From the human T2T-CHM13v2.0 reference genome, Homo sapiens, in the NCBI RefSeq assembly GCF_009914755.1, contig NC_060927.1: 64,000 bases of DNA; one strand, 5' to 3'. The translations under genes were made by a program, and so were the position numbers. The notes under the pieces are model-generated. The model had not been told where the DNA came from, ran no database searches, and worked only from the letters and a program-made list of their open reading frames with translations. This document shows, in pieces, positions 39,181-53,619 of the stretch (position 1 is its first letter; each line of letters starts with the position of its first letter).

Positions 39181-39483
39181 AGCTGGGTGCAGTGGCTCAC
39201 ACCAGTAATCCCAGCACTTTAGGAGGCCAAGGCAGGCAGATCACTTGAGGTCAGGAGTTTGAGACCAGCCCGGCCAACATGATGAAACCCCGTCTCTACT
39301 AAAAATACAAAAAATTAGCCGAGTGGGGTGGTGCACACCTGTAATTCCAGCTACTCTGGAGGTTAAGGTGGGAGGATCACTTGAACCCAGGAGGCGAGGG
39401 TGCAGTGAGCCGAGATGGTGCCATTGCACTCCAGCCTGGGCGACAGGGCAAGACTCCATCTCAAAAAAAAAAAAAAAAAAAAA
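39181..39483 (+). mobile_element. Alu
   Basis: TSD aaaaaccacaggac. Confidence 0.93.
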
Positions 39484-39669
39484 ACCACAGGACTGAACTG
39501 AAGTGAATGTGATCTTGACAAGCGGCCAGATCATTCTCTTTTGTGAGAAATATCTCTGCCTAAAGTGAACATAAAATAAAGGCCATAACCAACATCAAGG
39601 TGTGTCAGAAACCCATTCATTTGACTTTGAACAGGCTACTTTTTAAAAAGTCTTTTTTTTTTCAACCAG

Positions 39670-39765
39670 CCAAACAGAGAGGAAGTTCAACTATGAACCA
39701 GATTACAAAATCGTCTGAAGCTGTAACAGTGAAAACTACTTCAGGGAAGAAAAAGAGAAAAAAAG
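39670..39765 (+). CDS. LRR gene, coding exon 6 (AKQRGSSTMNQITKSSEAVTVKTTSGKKKRKK), basic low-complexity insert
   Basis: Acceptor ctttttttttt-caaccag|; donor AAG|gtattt; 96 nt, phase 1/1, open. Confidence 0.78.
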
Positions 39766-40682
39766 GTATTTTTTCTGTTGTCGTTTCAACTGTTCCTTCC
39801 ACTTCCCTCATCTTCTAAATCACTTCCTTCTTTCATGAGCTGTGTGTTCCACTACTAAGTAGTTGCACCAAACAGAGAAAAACTCAAGTGGAGAAAAAAG
39901 AACACTCAATGTCTTGTGACTTCATGTAAACCAAACACCAAATGGCTTTGCCACGGCCATCAGAGGAATTCATCTTTGACATATTCAACACTCCAAAAAA
40001 AAAAAAAGAGTAATGGGGCCTCAGCTGGTTTGGGAATATCTCTGCAATGAACAGCCTGTGGAATCTGATCAATTCAGCTCACAGACTTCCATCCTACGAT
40101 TTTTACTTAGAATCAGCAACTGTGTAATCTAGAAGGAATTTGAAGAAATCAACAACTCCGTAACCTCTGAACTGGGTTAGACTATATGAGAAGCTATCTA
40201 AGTATTAAAGATGGGCAGCTAAGCATTAGGGACCCAGATTCTATCCCTGACACTTCCACTAATGTCTGGCTCTCAGAATCCTCTTCTGCAAAATGAGAAC
40301 TTTTCACTCACAGGATCCTAAATTCCACCCCAGCTTTACCATTTTGAAATTCTAAAGAGACAACGCAAGATTATCACTGCGTGGTCATGAACACAGTCTT
40401 TGGGAAGCTCCTTGTGGAGGCTAATCTAAATTTGTGTTGTTCTGTTTTAGTCCGTTTCATGTTTTTCTCTACCATGAGTCTGGGGGAGGGCAACTGGCCC
40501 TTATAATGAAGCTTGTCACCTTTTGGCTTTCTCTTCTTCAATATTCATCTGTTTTTCTGCAGTCGTTTTCTGTCCTGGAAATTATCCTTATAACTCCTCC
40601 ATGAAATATCATTGAATTAGAAAATTACAAATTCTTATGATCCAAAATGTCAAATGAAAATGTAAAGTAAGAAAATTCATCA

Positions 40683-40992
<310 letters not shown>

Positions 40993-41138
40993 AAAATTCA
41001 TCAGACTGTCTCTGTTATCTGATATTGGCTAATAAAGGCTATTAATATAGCTTTTCCACTGGGCAGAGCTAGTTTTGGAAAGTCTATTAAAGGAAGGAAA
41101 AAAAAGAATCAAGTGAGGTTATCATTTGTTTTTGACAG

Positions 41139-41364
41139 TGTCTTAGTCAGTTTGGGCTGCTAGAATAGAATACAATAAAGTGAGTGGCTCAAATAGCAAA
41201 CATTTATTCCCCACAGTTCTGCAGGCTGAGAAGTCCAAGATGAAGGCACTAGAGGATTCAGTGTCTGGAGAGGGCTGCTTCATAGATGGCCATTTTTTTC
41301 CAGTGTTCTCTCATGGTGGGAAGAAGGCTAGAGAGCTCCCTGGGATCTCTTTCCTAAAAGTACT
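41139..41364 (-). mobile_element. MaLR LTR fragment (MLT1A-like)
   Basis: tgtcttagtcagtttgggctgcta...cacagttctgcaggctgagaagtccaagatgaagg, typical of MLT1/MST LTRs. Confidence 0.7.
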
Positions 41365-41420
41365 GTGAACCCAGGAAATCTGAGACAGGTCTCAGTTAAT
41401 TTAGAAAGTTTATTTTGCCA
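41365..41420 (-). mobile_element. MER4-group LTR terminal fragment
   Basis: tgtgaacccaggaaatctgagacaggtctcagttaatttagaaagtttattttgccaa matches a recalled MER4 LTR end. Confidence 0.6.
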
Positions 41421-41423
41421 ACA

Positions 41424-44400
41424 CTTGGGTAGGTAGTGGAAAATTACAGTCAAAGGGGGTTGTTCTCTTGTGGGCAAGGGCGAGGGTCACAAGGTGCTCA
41501 GTTGGGGAGCTTCTGAGCCAGGAGTAGGAATTTCACAAGGTAATGTCATCAGTTACAGCAGGAACCGGCCATTTTCACTTCTTAGAAGGAGCATTTGTCA
41601 TATAGAATGATTGGTGATGGCCTGGATACAGTTTTGTATGAATTGAGAAACTAAACGGAAGACACAAGGTCCAAATAAGAGAGGGAGAAAAACAGGTATT
41701 AAAGGATTAAGAATTGGGAGGACCCAGGACATTCAATTAGAGAGTGCCCAAGGGGGTTCAGCATAATTACTTGCTTGGTTGGCGAGTTTTTGGGCTTTAT
41801 CCTTCAGTTTTTTATGTTGTCATATATCAGGCCAGATTGATTTAGGTAAAAACAACACTCTTCATTTACAAATATGCAGCGTCCTCCTTTTTCAGCAGTG
41901 AGTAAGTCGAGGCCTATTCCTGTCTTCTTATATTCATAATAAAAAAAACAAAACAAAATAGTATTGAAGTGCTGGTGTCATGAGGGGAACAGGAAGCTGT
42001 TTGGTCCTATTTGCAAATTGAATTTTGTGAGTAAGGAAAAGTAGTGTGCATGTGCCTGTCCAATTAGCAGGTAAACACATGTAGGTGGAGGATCCACAGA
42101 GGAAGAAGAGACCTTTTGTAAGGCAAAACTGGAAATGTAAAGTGAAAAGATGAGGAGAAAAATTGATCTTGAGGGACAGAAGTTGGAAGGCTAGCTGCTT
42201 CTTTAGTTACCTTATTAGCATAAGCGTTGCCTTGAGCAATGGGATCTGATGCCTTTTGATGGCCCTTGCATGAATGACCCTAGCTTCCTTGCAAGTAGAG
42301 CAGCTTTAAGAAGAGTTTTTATTAAGGAGGCATTAATGATGAAGGACCCTTGTGTAGTGAGGAAATTTCTTTCTGCCCATATAACAGCATGGTGGTGCAG
42401 GATATGGAAGGCATATTTAGAGTCAGTGTAAATATTGACACATAGTCCCTTTGCAAGAGTGAGGGCCTGAGTTAAGGCAATGAGTTCGGCTTGCTGAGAG
42501 GTAGTGGAGCGGGGCAGAGCAGTAGCCTCAAGGATAGATGTGGAAGATACTATAGCATAGCCTGCCTTTGCTGGTGAGTGGCAAATGGGCCTGGAAGAAC
42601 TATCATCAATAAACCAAGTGTGGTCTGGGTGGGGAACAGAAAAGAGGGAAATATGGGGAAATGGGGAGAATGAATCATTTAGTTAGGAAGGCAAAACCAG
42701 GTATCCAAAGGTGAAAGTACCTAACCATGTGTAGGAAGGAAAGGAGTTGTTTTGTAGAAGGAGTTGGGGTTTGGAAGATTAGCCAGACACGATCAGCAGG
42801 GAGAGAACCTGTGTTTTTATGAAGAATTATGCCAAGATAGGTAATGGATGAGGAAGAAATTTGGGCTTGACTGAAGTAATGGGGGCTGTCCCTGAAACCT
42901 TGCAGCAGTACAGCCCAGGTAAGTTGCTGAGGCTGATGGGTGTCAGGGTCAGTCCAAGTGAAAGTGAAGAGAGGCTGGGATGAAGGGTGCAAAGGAACAG
43001 TAAAGAAAGCATGTTTGAGATTCAAAACAAAATAATGGGTTATGGAGGGGAGGTATTGAGGATAGGAGAGTATATGGGTTTGGCACCATGGAGTGGATAG
43101 GCAAGACAATTTGGTTGATAAGGTGCAGATCCTGAACTAACCTGTAAGACTTGTCCAGTTTTTGGACAGGTAAAATGGGGGAATTGTAAGGAGAGTTTAT
43201 AGGCTTTAGAAACCCATGCTGTAGCAGGCAAGTGATAACAGGCTTTAACCTTTTTAAAGCCTGCTGTGGGATGGGATATTGGCGTTGAGTGGGGTAAGGG
43301 TGATTAGGTTTTAATGGGATGATAAGGGGTGCATGATTGGTCATCAAGGTAGGTGTAGAGGTATCTTATATTTGTGGATTAAGCTAGGGAGACACAAGGG
43401 GAGGCTGCGAAGGAGGCTTTGAACTGGGGAAAAGGGGAGCAATGAGGTGTGGCTGTAGCCCAGGAATAGTGAGGGAAGCAGATAATTTAGGTAAAATGTC
43501 TCAACCTGATAAGGGAGCTGGGCAGGTGGGGATAATTAAAAAGAAGTGCATAAAAGAATGCTGTCCAAGTTGGCATCAGAGTTGGGGAGTTTTAAGAGGC
43601 TTAGAAGCCTGGCCGTCAGTACCCACAACAGTTATGGAGGCAAGAGAAACAGGCCCTTGAAAAGAAGGTAATGTGGAGTGGGTAGCCTCTGTATTAATTA
43701 AGAAGGGGACGGACTTACCCTCCACTGTAAGAGCTATCCATGATGGTCCAGGAGGATTTTTAGGTAATCAGGCAGCATCAGTCTTCAGCCACTAAGCCTA
43801 GAAGATCTGGGAAGGAGTTAGTCAGAGAGCTTTGGGCCAGAGTTCCAGGGGCTCTGGGAGTGGCTGCCAGGTGAGTTGGACAGTCTGATTTCCAGTGGGG
43901 TCCCACACAGATGGGACATGGCTTAGGAGGAATCCCAGGCTGTGGGCATTCCTTGGCCCAGTGGCCAGATTTCCAGCACTTGAAGCAAGATCCTGGGGGA
44001 GGAGGTCCTGGAGGAATGCCTGGCCGCTGCAGTTCAGGCATTTTGAAGTTCTTCTGTGCTGGAGATGTGGCTGGGGTTTCTCTCACAGCGGAGGCAAGTA
44101 ATTGCAACTCTTCTCTATTATTGTCCACCTTGAAAGCGAGGTTAATTAAGTCCTGTTATGGGGTTTGAGGGCTGGAATCTAATTTTTAGAGCTTTTTCTA
44201 ATGTCAAAAGCAGATTGGGTAATACAATGTATATTGAGAATAAGACAGCCTTTTGGCCCTTCTGGGTCTAGGGCGGTAAAGGGTCCGAGGGCTGTTGCCA
44301 AATGGGCCATGAACTGGGCTGGGTTTTTATATTTGATGAAAAAGAGCCTAAATGTTAACTGATTTGGGAGAGGTCGGATAAAGAAGAAGGAGCACTAACC

Positions 44401-45704
44401 TTGACTATGCCTTCAGCTCCAGCTACCTCTTTAAGAGGAAATTGTTGGGCAGGTCGGGGAGGGCTAGTCATGGAATGAAACTGTAAGCCAGACAGGGTGT
44501 GAGGAGGGGAGGTGATAAAAGGATTATAGGGTCAGGGAGTGGAGGCTGAGGAAGAATTGGGACCTGGCTCGGCCTGGCAAGGAGCAGTCTGGGGAGGAGG
44601 GAAGAGGTCAGATGGGTCCGTAGAAAAGGAAAATTGAAAAGACTCAGCAATGCTTGGGGTTGGGACTGAAGGGACAGGAGGGAGGGAAAGAAGGAAGATT
44701 TGGGATGAGTCGCATTGGCAACAGAGACTAGGGAGGAGCCGACGTATAAAAGAATGCCTGGACATCAGGCACTTCAGACCATTTGCCCATTTTACGACAA
44801 GAATTATCTAGATCTTGTAGGATGGAGAAATTGAAAGTGCCATTTTCTAGCTATTTGGAGTCATTGTCAAGTTTGTATTGGGGTCAAGTGGTATTGTAGA
44901 AGAAAATAAGGCATTTAGGTTTTAGGTCAGGTGTGAGTTGAAGAGGTTTTAAGTTCTTGAGAACACAGGCTAAGGGAGAAGAAGGAGGAATGGAGGATGG
45001 AAGGTTGCCCATAGTGAAGGAGGCAAGCCCAGAGAAAAGAGAGGGTAGAGACACGGAGGGTGGGGGTACTTGCCCCCAGGGGAGGTGGTGCTTTCCACCA
45101 AGGTGAAGGATAAAGGCAGGCATCCCCACAGTGATCAGACACCTCTGAAATGTGGGTGAATAATCAAGCAGGCATCCCTGCAGTGATTAAACACCAAGGG
45201 AAGACTGTCTTCCAGAGTCGGTGACTGACGCCAGAGTTCACAGCTAAAATGTGTCTCCTCTGTCTCTACCAGAAATGGAAAGGAACTGAAATTAAGGGAA
45301 GGGAGAGATGGAAGGGTGGTGCCAAAATTGAAAGGAGAAAGAGGTTGAGGGATAGTGAGACAGGTTGGAGAAGAGAATAAAAAGAGGCTGCTTACCCGAT
45401 TTAAAATTGGTGAGATGTTCCTTGGGCTGGTTGGTCTGAGGACCCGAGGTCGTAGGTGGATCTTTCTCATGGAGCAAAGAGCAGGAGGACAGGGGATTGA
45501 TCTCCCAAGGGTGGTCCCCTGATCTGAGTCACCAAATGTCATGTGCGTTTGTGTGAAGAGACCACCAACAGGCTTTGTGTGAGGAATAAAGCTTTTTAAT
45601 CATCTGGGTGCTGGTGGGTTGAGTCTGAAAAGAGAGTCAGTAAAGGGAGTTAGAGGTGGGACAGTTTTATAGGATTTGGGTAGCTTGGGCTCAGAGGCCT
45701 GACA
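41424..45704 (-). mobile_element. Deleted HERV-H provirus with partial LTR7s (5' LTR 45537-45704, 3' LTR fragment about 41424-41582)
   Basis: LTR7 start TGTCAGGCCTCTGAGCCCAAGCTA; degenerate His PBS TTTGGTGACTCAGATC; gag zinc knuckles [14 protein letters not shown] and [13 protein letters not shown]; RT fragments (QLTWAVLLQGFRDSPHYF); env remnant LFFLCGSSTYMCLPANWTGTC. Confidence 0.93.
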
Positions 45705-48700
45705 AGGCCCAAGTTACAACAGTCCTTTCAGCTACTAATACTCCATTACAGACGGAGGAGGCAGCCCTGAGCTTACAAAATGATGGGTTTATATGGGGGA
45801 GAGAAACCCTGGGGTTGTTTGTTGGTTAACTCTGCCACATATCACCTTGTGATGTTTATGGTACTGGAGGGTGTAGGTAAAGTTTGTTTATGCTTTCCAT
45901 GACCTCCCGCTGTGTGGTCCGGATGGTTTATAACCGGGGTTTGCTTTATAGCAGTAAGACGTGATAGGTAAAGTCTGCTGGCTTCACCGTGGTGCCTAGA
46001 TAAGGGCTTAGAAATGTAAAAAGGCCTGTAGGGAGGGGATTGGTGTTGGCAATACCAAGAAGCTTTTTTTGGGGCAGTTTGTCTCTAACATTCCAGCCTT
46101 TTAATAGGTAATAGAAGAGGGACGCCATTGTCGTTTGGCTACTTCCTGTTGGGAAGGGGTGACGGTTATGGGGAAAGGCTGGACGGTAGGGACTGCTGTT
46201 CTTGGAGCTGTTGGTATTCCTGGAGCAGCATCATATTTTGTATTGTCCAGCGGGTGAAGGCTCTGATACGGTCCTGTAAAAACTGGGTTAGAAGTCATAG
46301 GAGACTTGAGCTGAATGCTGGAAAGAGAAGAATGGTTATGGCTGGGCCTAGGAGGGGCGTTAGCCATGGAAACCAGGTGCTAAAGGACCAGGAGGGCCAC
46401 GCTGGCCACTGGGGGACATTTTTCTTAATTTTTTGTGTTCAGTCCTTTAGTCTTTTTACAGCATCTTGTACTAAGCCAGATTGATTAAGATAAAAGCAAC
46501 ACTGTTTATCTAGAAAAAGGTAGAATCCTCCTTTTTTGGCTGTGAGTAAGTTTAAGCCTCTGTGGTTTTGAAGAACTACCACTGCTAAAGAATCTATTTG
46601 TGATTGGAGAGTTGTAATGGATTTGGCTATGTCTGCCAAGTTATTTGTGAGGTCTTTGGAGAGGGATTGGTAATAGAAAACGGAGGTGGCTAATCTCGCA
46701 ATCACAGTTCCAACTTCTGTAGTTATTCCAAGGGCTACTAACAGAGGTGTGAGTTATATAGCATGGCGGTGTCAGATAGGGGTATTAACTGGGATTGGTA
46801 GGGGCTGGTCTCCTGGGGCAGTGTTGATTTTTGGACTGAGGAAAACCAGGGTGCAGGTGCCTCTCCAGTTAGAGGAGAGGCAAATATAAGTTGAGGTACC
46901 ACAGAGGAAAAGTCTGCCTTGGCTTGGTAGACAGAACTTGTTGCATATGCTGAAAAGATGTACTGTTTTGTTATTTTCATGCATCCATACTTCTAGGGTC
47001 CCGGCTAGGGCTGCTGCTGTAAGTGGTTGTAAAGGGGTGTTTGGTTTGGGCTGGGAGGCTTTTGGGCTGTTTTTTCCCAGTGTGAGAGGAAGCGTTTTGT
47101 GTTTACTAAGATTCATGTGGGAGTGTGGCTGGATGTTGGGATAAGGAGACAGTTGCGGGTGGTGGGTGCAGGGATGGTGCATGGAGAGGGGAGCCAAGGG
47201 AAGAGGGATAAACAGGGGAGACATTGGCCATTGCAGTACTCTGAAGTTTTGTTAATGAGGTGGGAGGTGTTAAGGGCTGGGGGGCTGGAGAAAGGAAGCC
47301 TGTCTTTATTGTTGGCAGCTTTGAGAGTAGTATGTTTGCTGGAAGGTTTGAGTTGTAAGGTATAGTTTCACAGTTTGGAATTTAGGTGACTGAGGGGACT
47401 GCCAGAGGGTAGATGTCGTTGGTCGCACAGTGATGCTGGATAAGATAAGATTGAGTGGGTTGTTATGGCTCCTAATACGGGTTTTATTACGGCTGTGGCA
47501 GGGGGATAGGTTGGGGATAGGTCGCGTAAGTAGGGATGTAAAGTTGTAACCGCCGGACCAAACTCGCTAGCTAACTTGGGGGAGATTTTTGTTAATGCCT
47601 GTATGTTGAGTTTGAGGGGGCTGTTAATGAGGATTTTAGGATGGTAGGTTACTTGGGTGGAAGTTCAGTTATAGGCTGAGGCAGGGATTATATTGTATGT
47701 TGTGGAGTGGAGGGATACGCAGAACCAGAAGTCTCTTGCCAGGGAGGAACTGGAGTTTTTTAGTTTCTGTATAGGTGTTTAGGGGTTGTAGGTATTGGTT
47801 GGGCCGAAAGAAGGGTTGGAGTATTAATTATGGGACAGGTTAGAAAGGCAGAAAGTGAGCAGAAAAGTAAATAGTTTGATTTTGTCCGGAGTGAAGCCAT
47901 AGAGAGAGCCTTGGAGGAAAAGTTCGGTTATCCACTCGAAAAAGGCTTCCAGAGTGTTGTTCCATGGGTGGAACCAGGAAATATTCTGTGAGAGGCGTGA
48001 AGGAAGAGAGTGAAGTGGCAGGACAGACAAAAGCAGGGCATCTAGGGAGGATGTGGGAATGCTTGTTTGTTAGCGATTGTGATTTTTGCTATAAGGATAA
48101 CGATTAGGCAGAAGGCTAAAGTGAGGGAGACTTTTTGGCTGGTATTCCAACTGGAAGGAGTTACACTATATAATTTTACTGTAAACAATAGGGTAAGTAG
48201 TATAATAGATGGGGAATGGAGACCTCCTTGAGAAGAGGCGGCAGAGCATATATGTCAGTTTGAAGTTACGTTTTTTAGTGAGGTGAATAGGTGAGGGGAG
48301 AAGAAATATGGGTGGAAGGGGAGATATGGGGGACGTGCATTAATATGGAAGGATTGGTGGAGAGATGTCAGGATTCTGTCGGTTTGGCACTGGGGTAGGA
48401 CTAGCTTCTGGTCCTTAACTCTCCAGCCCCCCTGGAGGAAGGCTCCTTGTTGTAGTAATGAGGCGATTTCAGTGGGGGCGTATTGAGGTTGGATTGCAGG
48501 GGTAATGAGGAGGAGGGAGGCAGGAGCGGAAAAAAGGGAGGCTTCTTTTGCTGCTTTATCAGCCTTTCTGTTCCCTCTTGAGATTTTATCTGTTCCTGTT
48601 TGATGTCCCCGACAGTGCATAACTCCCACTTCAGTTAGGAGGTGTGCGGCCTGAAGGAGTTGGTAAATAAGGGGGCCGTTAGTGATGGGGGTCCCTTTGG

Positions 48701-51700
48701 CAGTACGAAATCCTCTCTCATGCCAGATGGCGGTGTGGGAATGAAGAATGTGATATGCATATTTGGAGTCTGTGTAAATGTTGACTCGTTTGCCTTTGGA
48801 GAGGGTTAGGGCTCTGGTGAGAGCTATGAGTTCTGTTTTCTGAGAGGAGGTTCCTGGAGGTAGGGGCTTAGCTTCAATTACTCAGTTAAGGGAAACAACC
48901 GCATACCCAACAATTTTCGGAGGGCCAGTGGGCCCAGAAGAGGAGCCATCTATAAATAGCTGGTCATCGGGGTTGGTGAGAGGCTCGGAGGAAATGTTTG
49001 GAAAGTGTGGCTGCAGGTGATCTAGGATGTCAGGGTAAGAATGAGTAGGAGGGGAAGAAGACACAGGGAGTAAGGATGCTGCGTTGAGGGGAGCACTGTT
49101 GGCAAGACTGAATTTAGGATTTTTGATAAAGAGAGCATGGAGTAATTGTATTTGGGAAGGAGGAAGGGAGCCTAAAGCTCAGGGGGAGAGGAGATCCTGT
49201 ATATTATGAGGACTGTAAACAGTGATATTTTGACTGCATGTTAGTTTTTTGCTTTTTAGAGTTAAAGTGGCCGCTGCTGCTAGCCTTTTAAGACAGGTTG
49301 GCCATCCTCCAACTGTGTTGTTTAATCGTTTGGAGAGGTAGGCTACAGGGAGCGAAGAAAGGGGGATTTCTTTTTTGTTGTCCTAAGACACCGAGGGCTG
49401 TTCCTCAGCTTTTGGCAGTACAGATAGTGAAAGGTTGGGAGATATCAGGTAAGGACAGAGCTGGTGTAGTGACAAGAGCGGTTTGGAGTTTGTGGAAGCT
49501 GGTGAGTACGTTATGTGAGGGATTTAGGGGTTTATTGAGAGGGCCTTTGGCTGCTTTATAGAGGGGGCGAACTAGGAAGCACAGTTGGGAATCCATATTT
49601 TAAAGAAGGCTGCTAATCCTAAGAAGGAAAGGATTTTGCTTTTGGAGGAGGGAGCGGGTAGATGATCTATTAATGCTGCTTGGGCTGGCCTCATAGCCCA
49701 GGCCTCAGGGGAAAGTTGAATTTCTAAGTAGGTCACCATGGAGGTGGAGAGTAGTGTGGAGTTTTGAAAGGATGTCTCTGCCTAGGAATGGAGTTGGGCA
49801 TGAGGGCAGGACTAAGAAAGAGTGAGTGAAGGAAAAGGTGTGCAGGGAGCAGAAGGGTGGTGGGGGGCTCGGGGTTTGGAGACTTGTCCATCAATTCCTG
49901 TAACAGAGAGCTGGGAGGACTCAGTGGGTCCTGAAAAATTAGGTAAAGCAGAGTAGGTTGTCCCGGTATTAATTAGAAAAAACATACTCGCCTACCTGCC
50001 ACCATCAGGGCTACCCTTGACTCGGATGAAGTGATGGTAGTTGCCAGGGTGTCTGTTCCAGGACACCATCAGTCTTCAGCGGCAAGGCCGATGAGATCCA
50101 AGTAGCAGGTTTTGGCCAGCTCAGGAAGGGATGGGGGCGGTCCTTGTGGGGGTTGCTCACAGTCCAACTTCCAGTGGGGTCCTTCACAGAGGGGGCACAG
50201 CCTGGTGGGCTTACCTGGGTTAGGGCATTGTCTGGACTAGCGGCCTTCACTGCCACACTTGAAACAGGTGCCAGGTGGAGGTGGATTGCTAGGAGGTTTC
50301 CGTGTGGAGCTGCGGCCCCATGGGCCTGCAGGGCCCCAGATGACAGAGGTAAGCATTTGAAACTCTGCCTGTTTTTGCCTTTTTTTCCTCATCATGATTG
50401 TTAAAGACTTTGAAGGCTAAATTAAGAAGGTGGGGTTTGAGGGCCATTGTCAACCTTCTGAATCTTGCGCTGAATATTGGTGGTTTTGGCTGGGGACTGC
50501 CTTTGCACCAGTAGGCTGGGCAGGAGCCTGGTGATATGGTATCAGCATGTGCCTGAGCTAGGGTCCAGATACAGTCCAGGTCTTCTGGGGTGGGGGTGGA
50601 AGAGAGGATAACATAGAGGTCATGCCAGGTTAGTTCATAAGACTGGGTAAGGTACTGAAACTCCCTAATATAAGAGGCAGAGTCCTCTGGAAATGAACTC
50701 CTTTGTTAATTAGAGAGAGATCAGTGAGGGAAAAGGGAGCATGAATTTTATCAATACCTTCAGCTCTTGCTACTTCCCAGAGAGGAAGCAAGGGAGCTGG
50801 TTGCCGAGCATGTTGGGCCTGAGAACGGGTGAGGGGCGGAGACGGAGAGGACTCAGAGTCAGAAGCGGGGTGGTTAGAGAGAGGGGGAGAGAGGGGGAGA
50901 GCTGGAGCGGGGACTTACGGTGGAGGGTTATGATGCTGTTGGGGAGGGGGAATATCGGTGGGGTCAAAGGAGGAGGAATCATCGGCTGGGGCTGTGGGAG
51001 TGGGGGCAGGAGGCGAGTCAGGTTTGGAGAGGGCAAGGAGAATTTGGAAAGCAGAACAGGACTGACGAGGGAAGGGCAGCTATGAAGGGTGAAGAAATCC
51101 TGAACATAAGGAATTTCAGACCATTTCCCATTGCAATGGCAAAAGTTGTCTAAGTTTTTGAGCACGTCGGAATAGAAAGTGCCATTTTCGGGACATTAGG
51201 AGCCACGGTCCAATTTGTATTGAGGCCATGCAGTATTACAGTAAAAAATAAGCCTTTTAGGGCGGATTTCTGAACGGAGGCCAAGAGCTTTGAGACTGCG
51301 GAGGAGACACCTAAGAAGGGTAGTCTTGGAAGGGGTAGACTGAGAGGCTCTCACAGTGAATGGAAGGGGGCTGGGGTAGAGGAAAAAGAGACTGCTGGTG
51401 ACAAGGATGGCAGGAGAGGGCATCCCCTTTCCCGTGGAACTTGTCTGGAATAGAGGAGATAATCGCCAAGTCAGGCGTCCCTGAAACGGAGGAACCAGAG
51501 GCCCGGAGGCCAGAGGAAACCCTTGGCCCAGCGCTGGGTCTTTTGGAAACGGAGAGACGGACGGTCAAGGGTTCCGGGGAATGGTAACAGTCTCTTTTTC
51601 ACTCACCCTGGCGGAGGCTTTGATGGTGGATGAGGTTGCCAGCAATGGGAGATTCTAGGAGAGTCTCTGGGTCTTCGGCAGGTTCAGGAAAGGGGAAGTT

Positions 51701-52219
51701 GGCTTGGAGAGGGGTGATAGGGGAGAGAGAGAGAGAAAGGGAGAAAGAGAGTCCCAGCCAGCATCTATCCCCTTCCCGGGTTTTGGCACCAGAATGTAAG
51801 GTCAGCCGAGAGAAAGGACAAGAGAGAGAGACCCAAGTTCAGGCGAGTAAGTTTATTGAACCTGCTGGCTGCTTCATTACAGACAGAGGAGGCAGCCCTG
51901 AGCTTACAAAATGAAGGATTTATATGGGGGAGAGAGACCCTGGGGTTGTTTGTTGGTCAACTCTGCCACATATCACCTTGTGACGTTTATGATACTAAGG
52001 GTGTAGGTAAAGTTTGTTTGTGCTTTCCGTGACCTCCCCTTGTGCAGTCTGGATGGTTTGTAATTGGGGTTTGCTTTATAGCAGTAAGGCCTGATAGGTA
52101 AAGTCTGCTGGCTTCACCGTGCTGCCTAGATAAGGGCTTAGAAATATAAAAAGGTTTGGGGGAAGGGGAGGGATGTTGGTGATACCAAGAAGCTTTTTTG
52201 GGGCGGCTTGTCTCTAACA
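45705..52219 (-). mobile_element. HERV-F-group (tRNA-Phe primed, ERV1) provirus; 5' LTR 51795-52219, 3' LTR about 45740-46090
   Basis: Two alignable LTRs, both ending ...gtctctaaca on +; PBS TGGTGCCAAAACCCGGGA (1 mismatch to the tRNA-Phe 3' end) at 51774-51791; PPT AAAAGGCTGGAA; gag, RNase H (LFIDGSS) and env with an ISD-like motif LQNHRGLNLLTAKKGG...CCF; all frames disrupted. Confidence 0.9.
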
Positions 52220-53321
52220 CCTCCCTAAATCATTTTATGAAGCCAGTATCACCCAAATACCAAAACCAGGAAAGGACATAACCAAAATAGAAAACTACAG
52301 ACCAATATCCCTGATGAACATAGGTGCTAAAATCCTTAACAAAATACTAGCTAACTGAATCCAATAACATATCAAAAAGATAATCCACCATGATCAAGTG
52401 AGTTTCATACCAGGGATGCAGGGATGGTTTAACATATGCAACTCAATAAATGTGATACATCACATAAACAGAATTAAAAACAAAAATCACATGATCATCT
52501 CAATAGAGGCAGAAAAAGCATTTGACAAAATCCAGCATTGCTTTATGATTAAAACTCTCAGCAAGGTCAGCATACAAGGGACATACGTCAACATAATAAA
52601 AGCCATCTATGACAGACCCACAGCTGACCTAATGCTGAATAGGAAAAAGTTGAAAGCATTCCCTCTGAGAACTGGCACAAGAAAAGGATGCCCACTCTCA
52701 CCATTCCTTTTCAATATAGTACTGGAAGTCCTAGCCAGAGCAATCAGACAAGAGAAAGAAATAAAGGACATCCAAATTGGTAAAGAGGAAGTTAAACTAT
52801 CGCTGTTTGCTGATGATATCATTGTTTACCTAGAAAACACTACAGACTCCTCCAGAAAGCTCCTAGAACTGATAAAAGAATTCAGCAAAGTTTCCAGATA
52901 CAAAATTAATGTACGCAAATCAGTAGCTCTTCTGTACACCAATAGCTACCAAGCGGAGAATCAAATCAAGAACCCAACCCCTTTTACAATAGCTGTAAAA
53001 AAAAATTAAATGCTTAGGAATATACCTAACCAAGGAGGCAAAAGATCTCTACAAGGAAAACTGCAAAACACTGCTGAAAGAGATCACAGATGACACAAAC
53101 AAATGGAAACACATCCCATGCTCATGGATGGGTAGAATCAATATTGTGAAAATGACTACTGCCAAAAGCAATCTACAAATTCAACGCAATTCCCATCAAA
53201 ATACCATCACAGAATTCGAAAAATCAAGTACAAAATTCATATGGAACCAAAAAAGAGCCTGCATAGCCAAAGCAAGGCTAAGCAAAAAGAACAAATCTAG
53301 AGACATCACATTATCTGATTT

Positions 53322-53619
<298 letters not shown>

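Noticed and set aside
46439-47224. HERV-F env as a domesticated syncytin- or suppressyn-like gene
   Set aside because: Split into short frames, with stops at the furin site and no long ORF.
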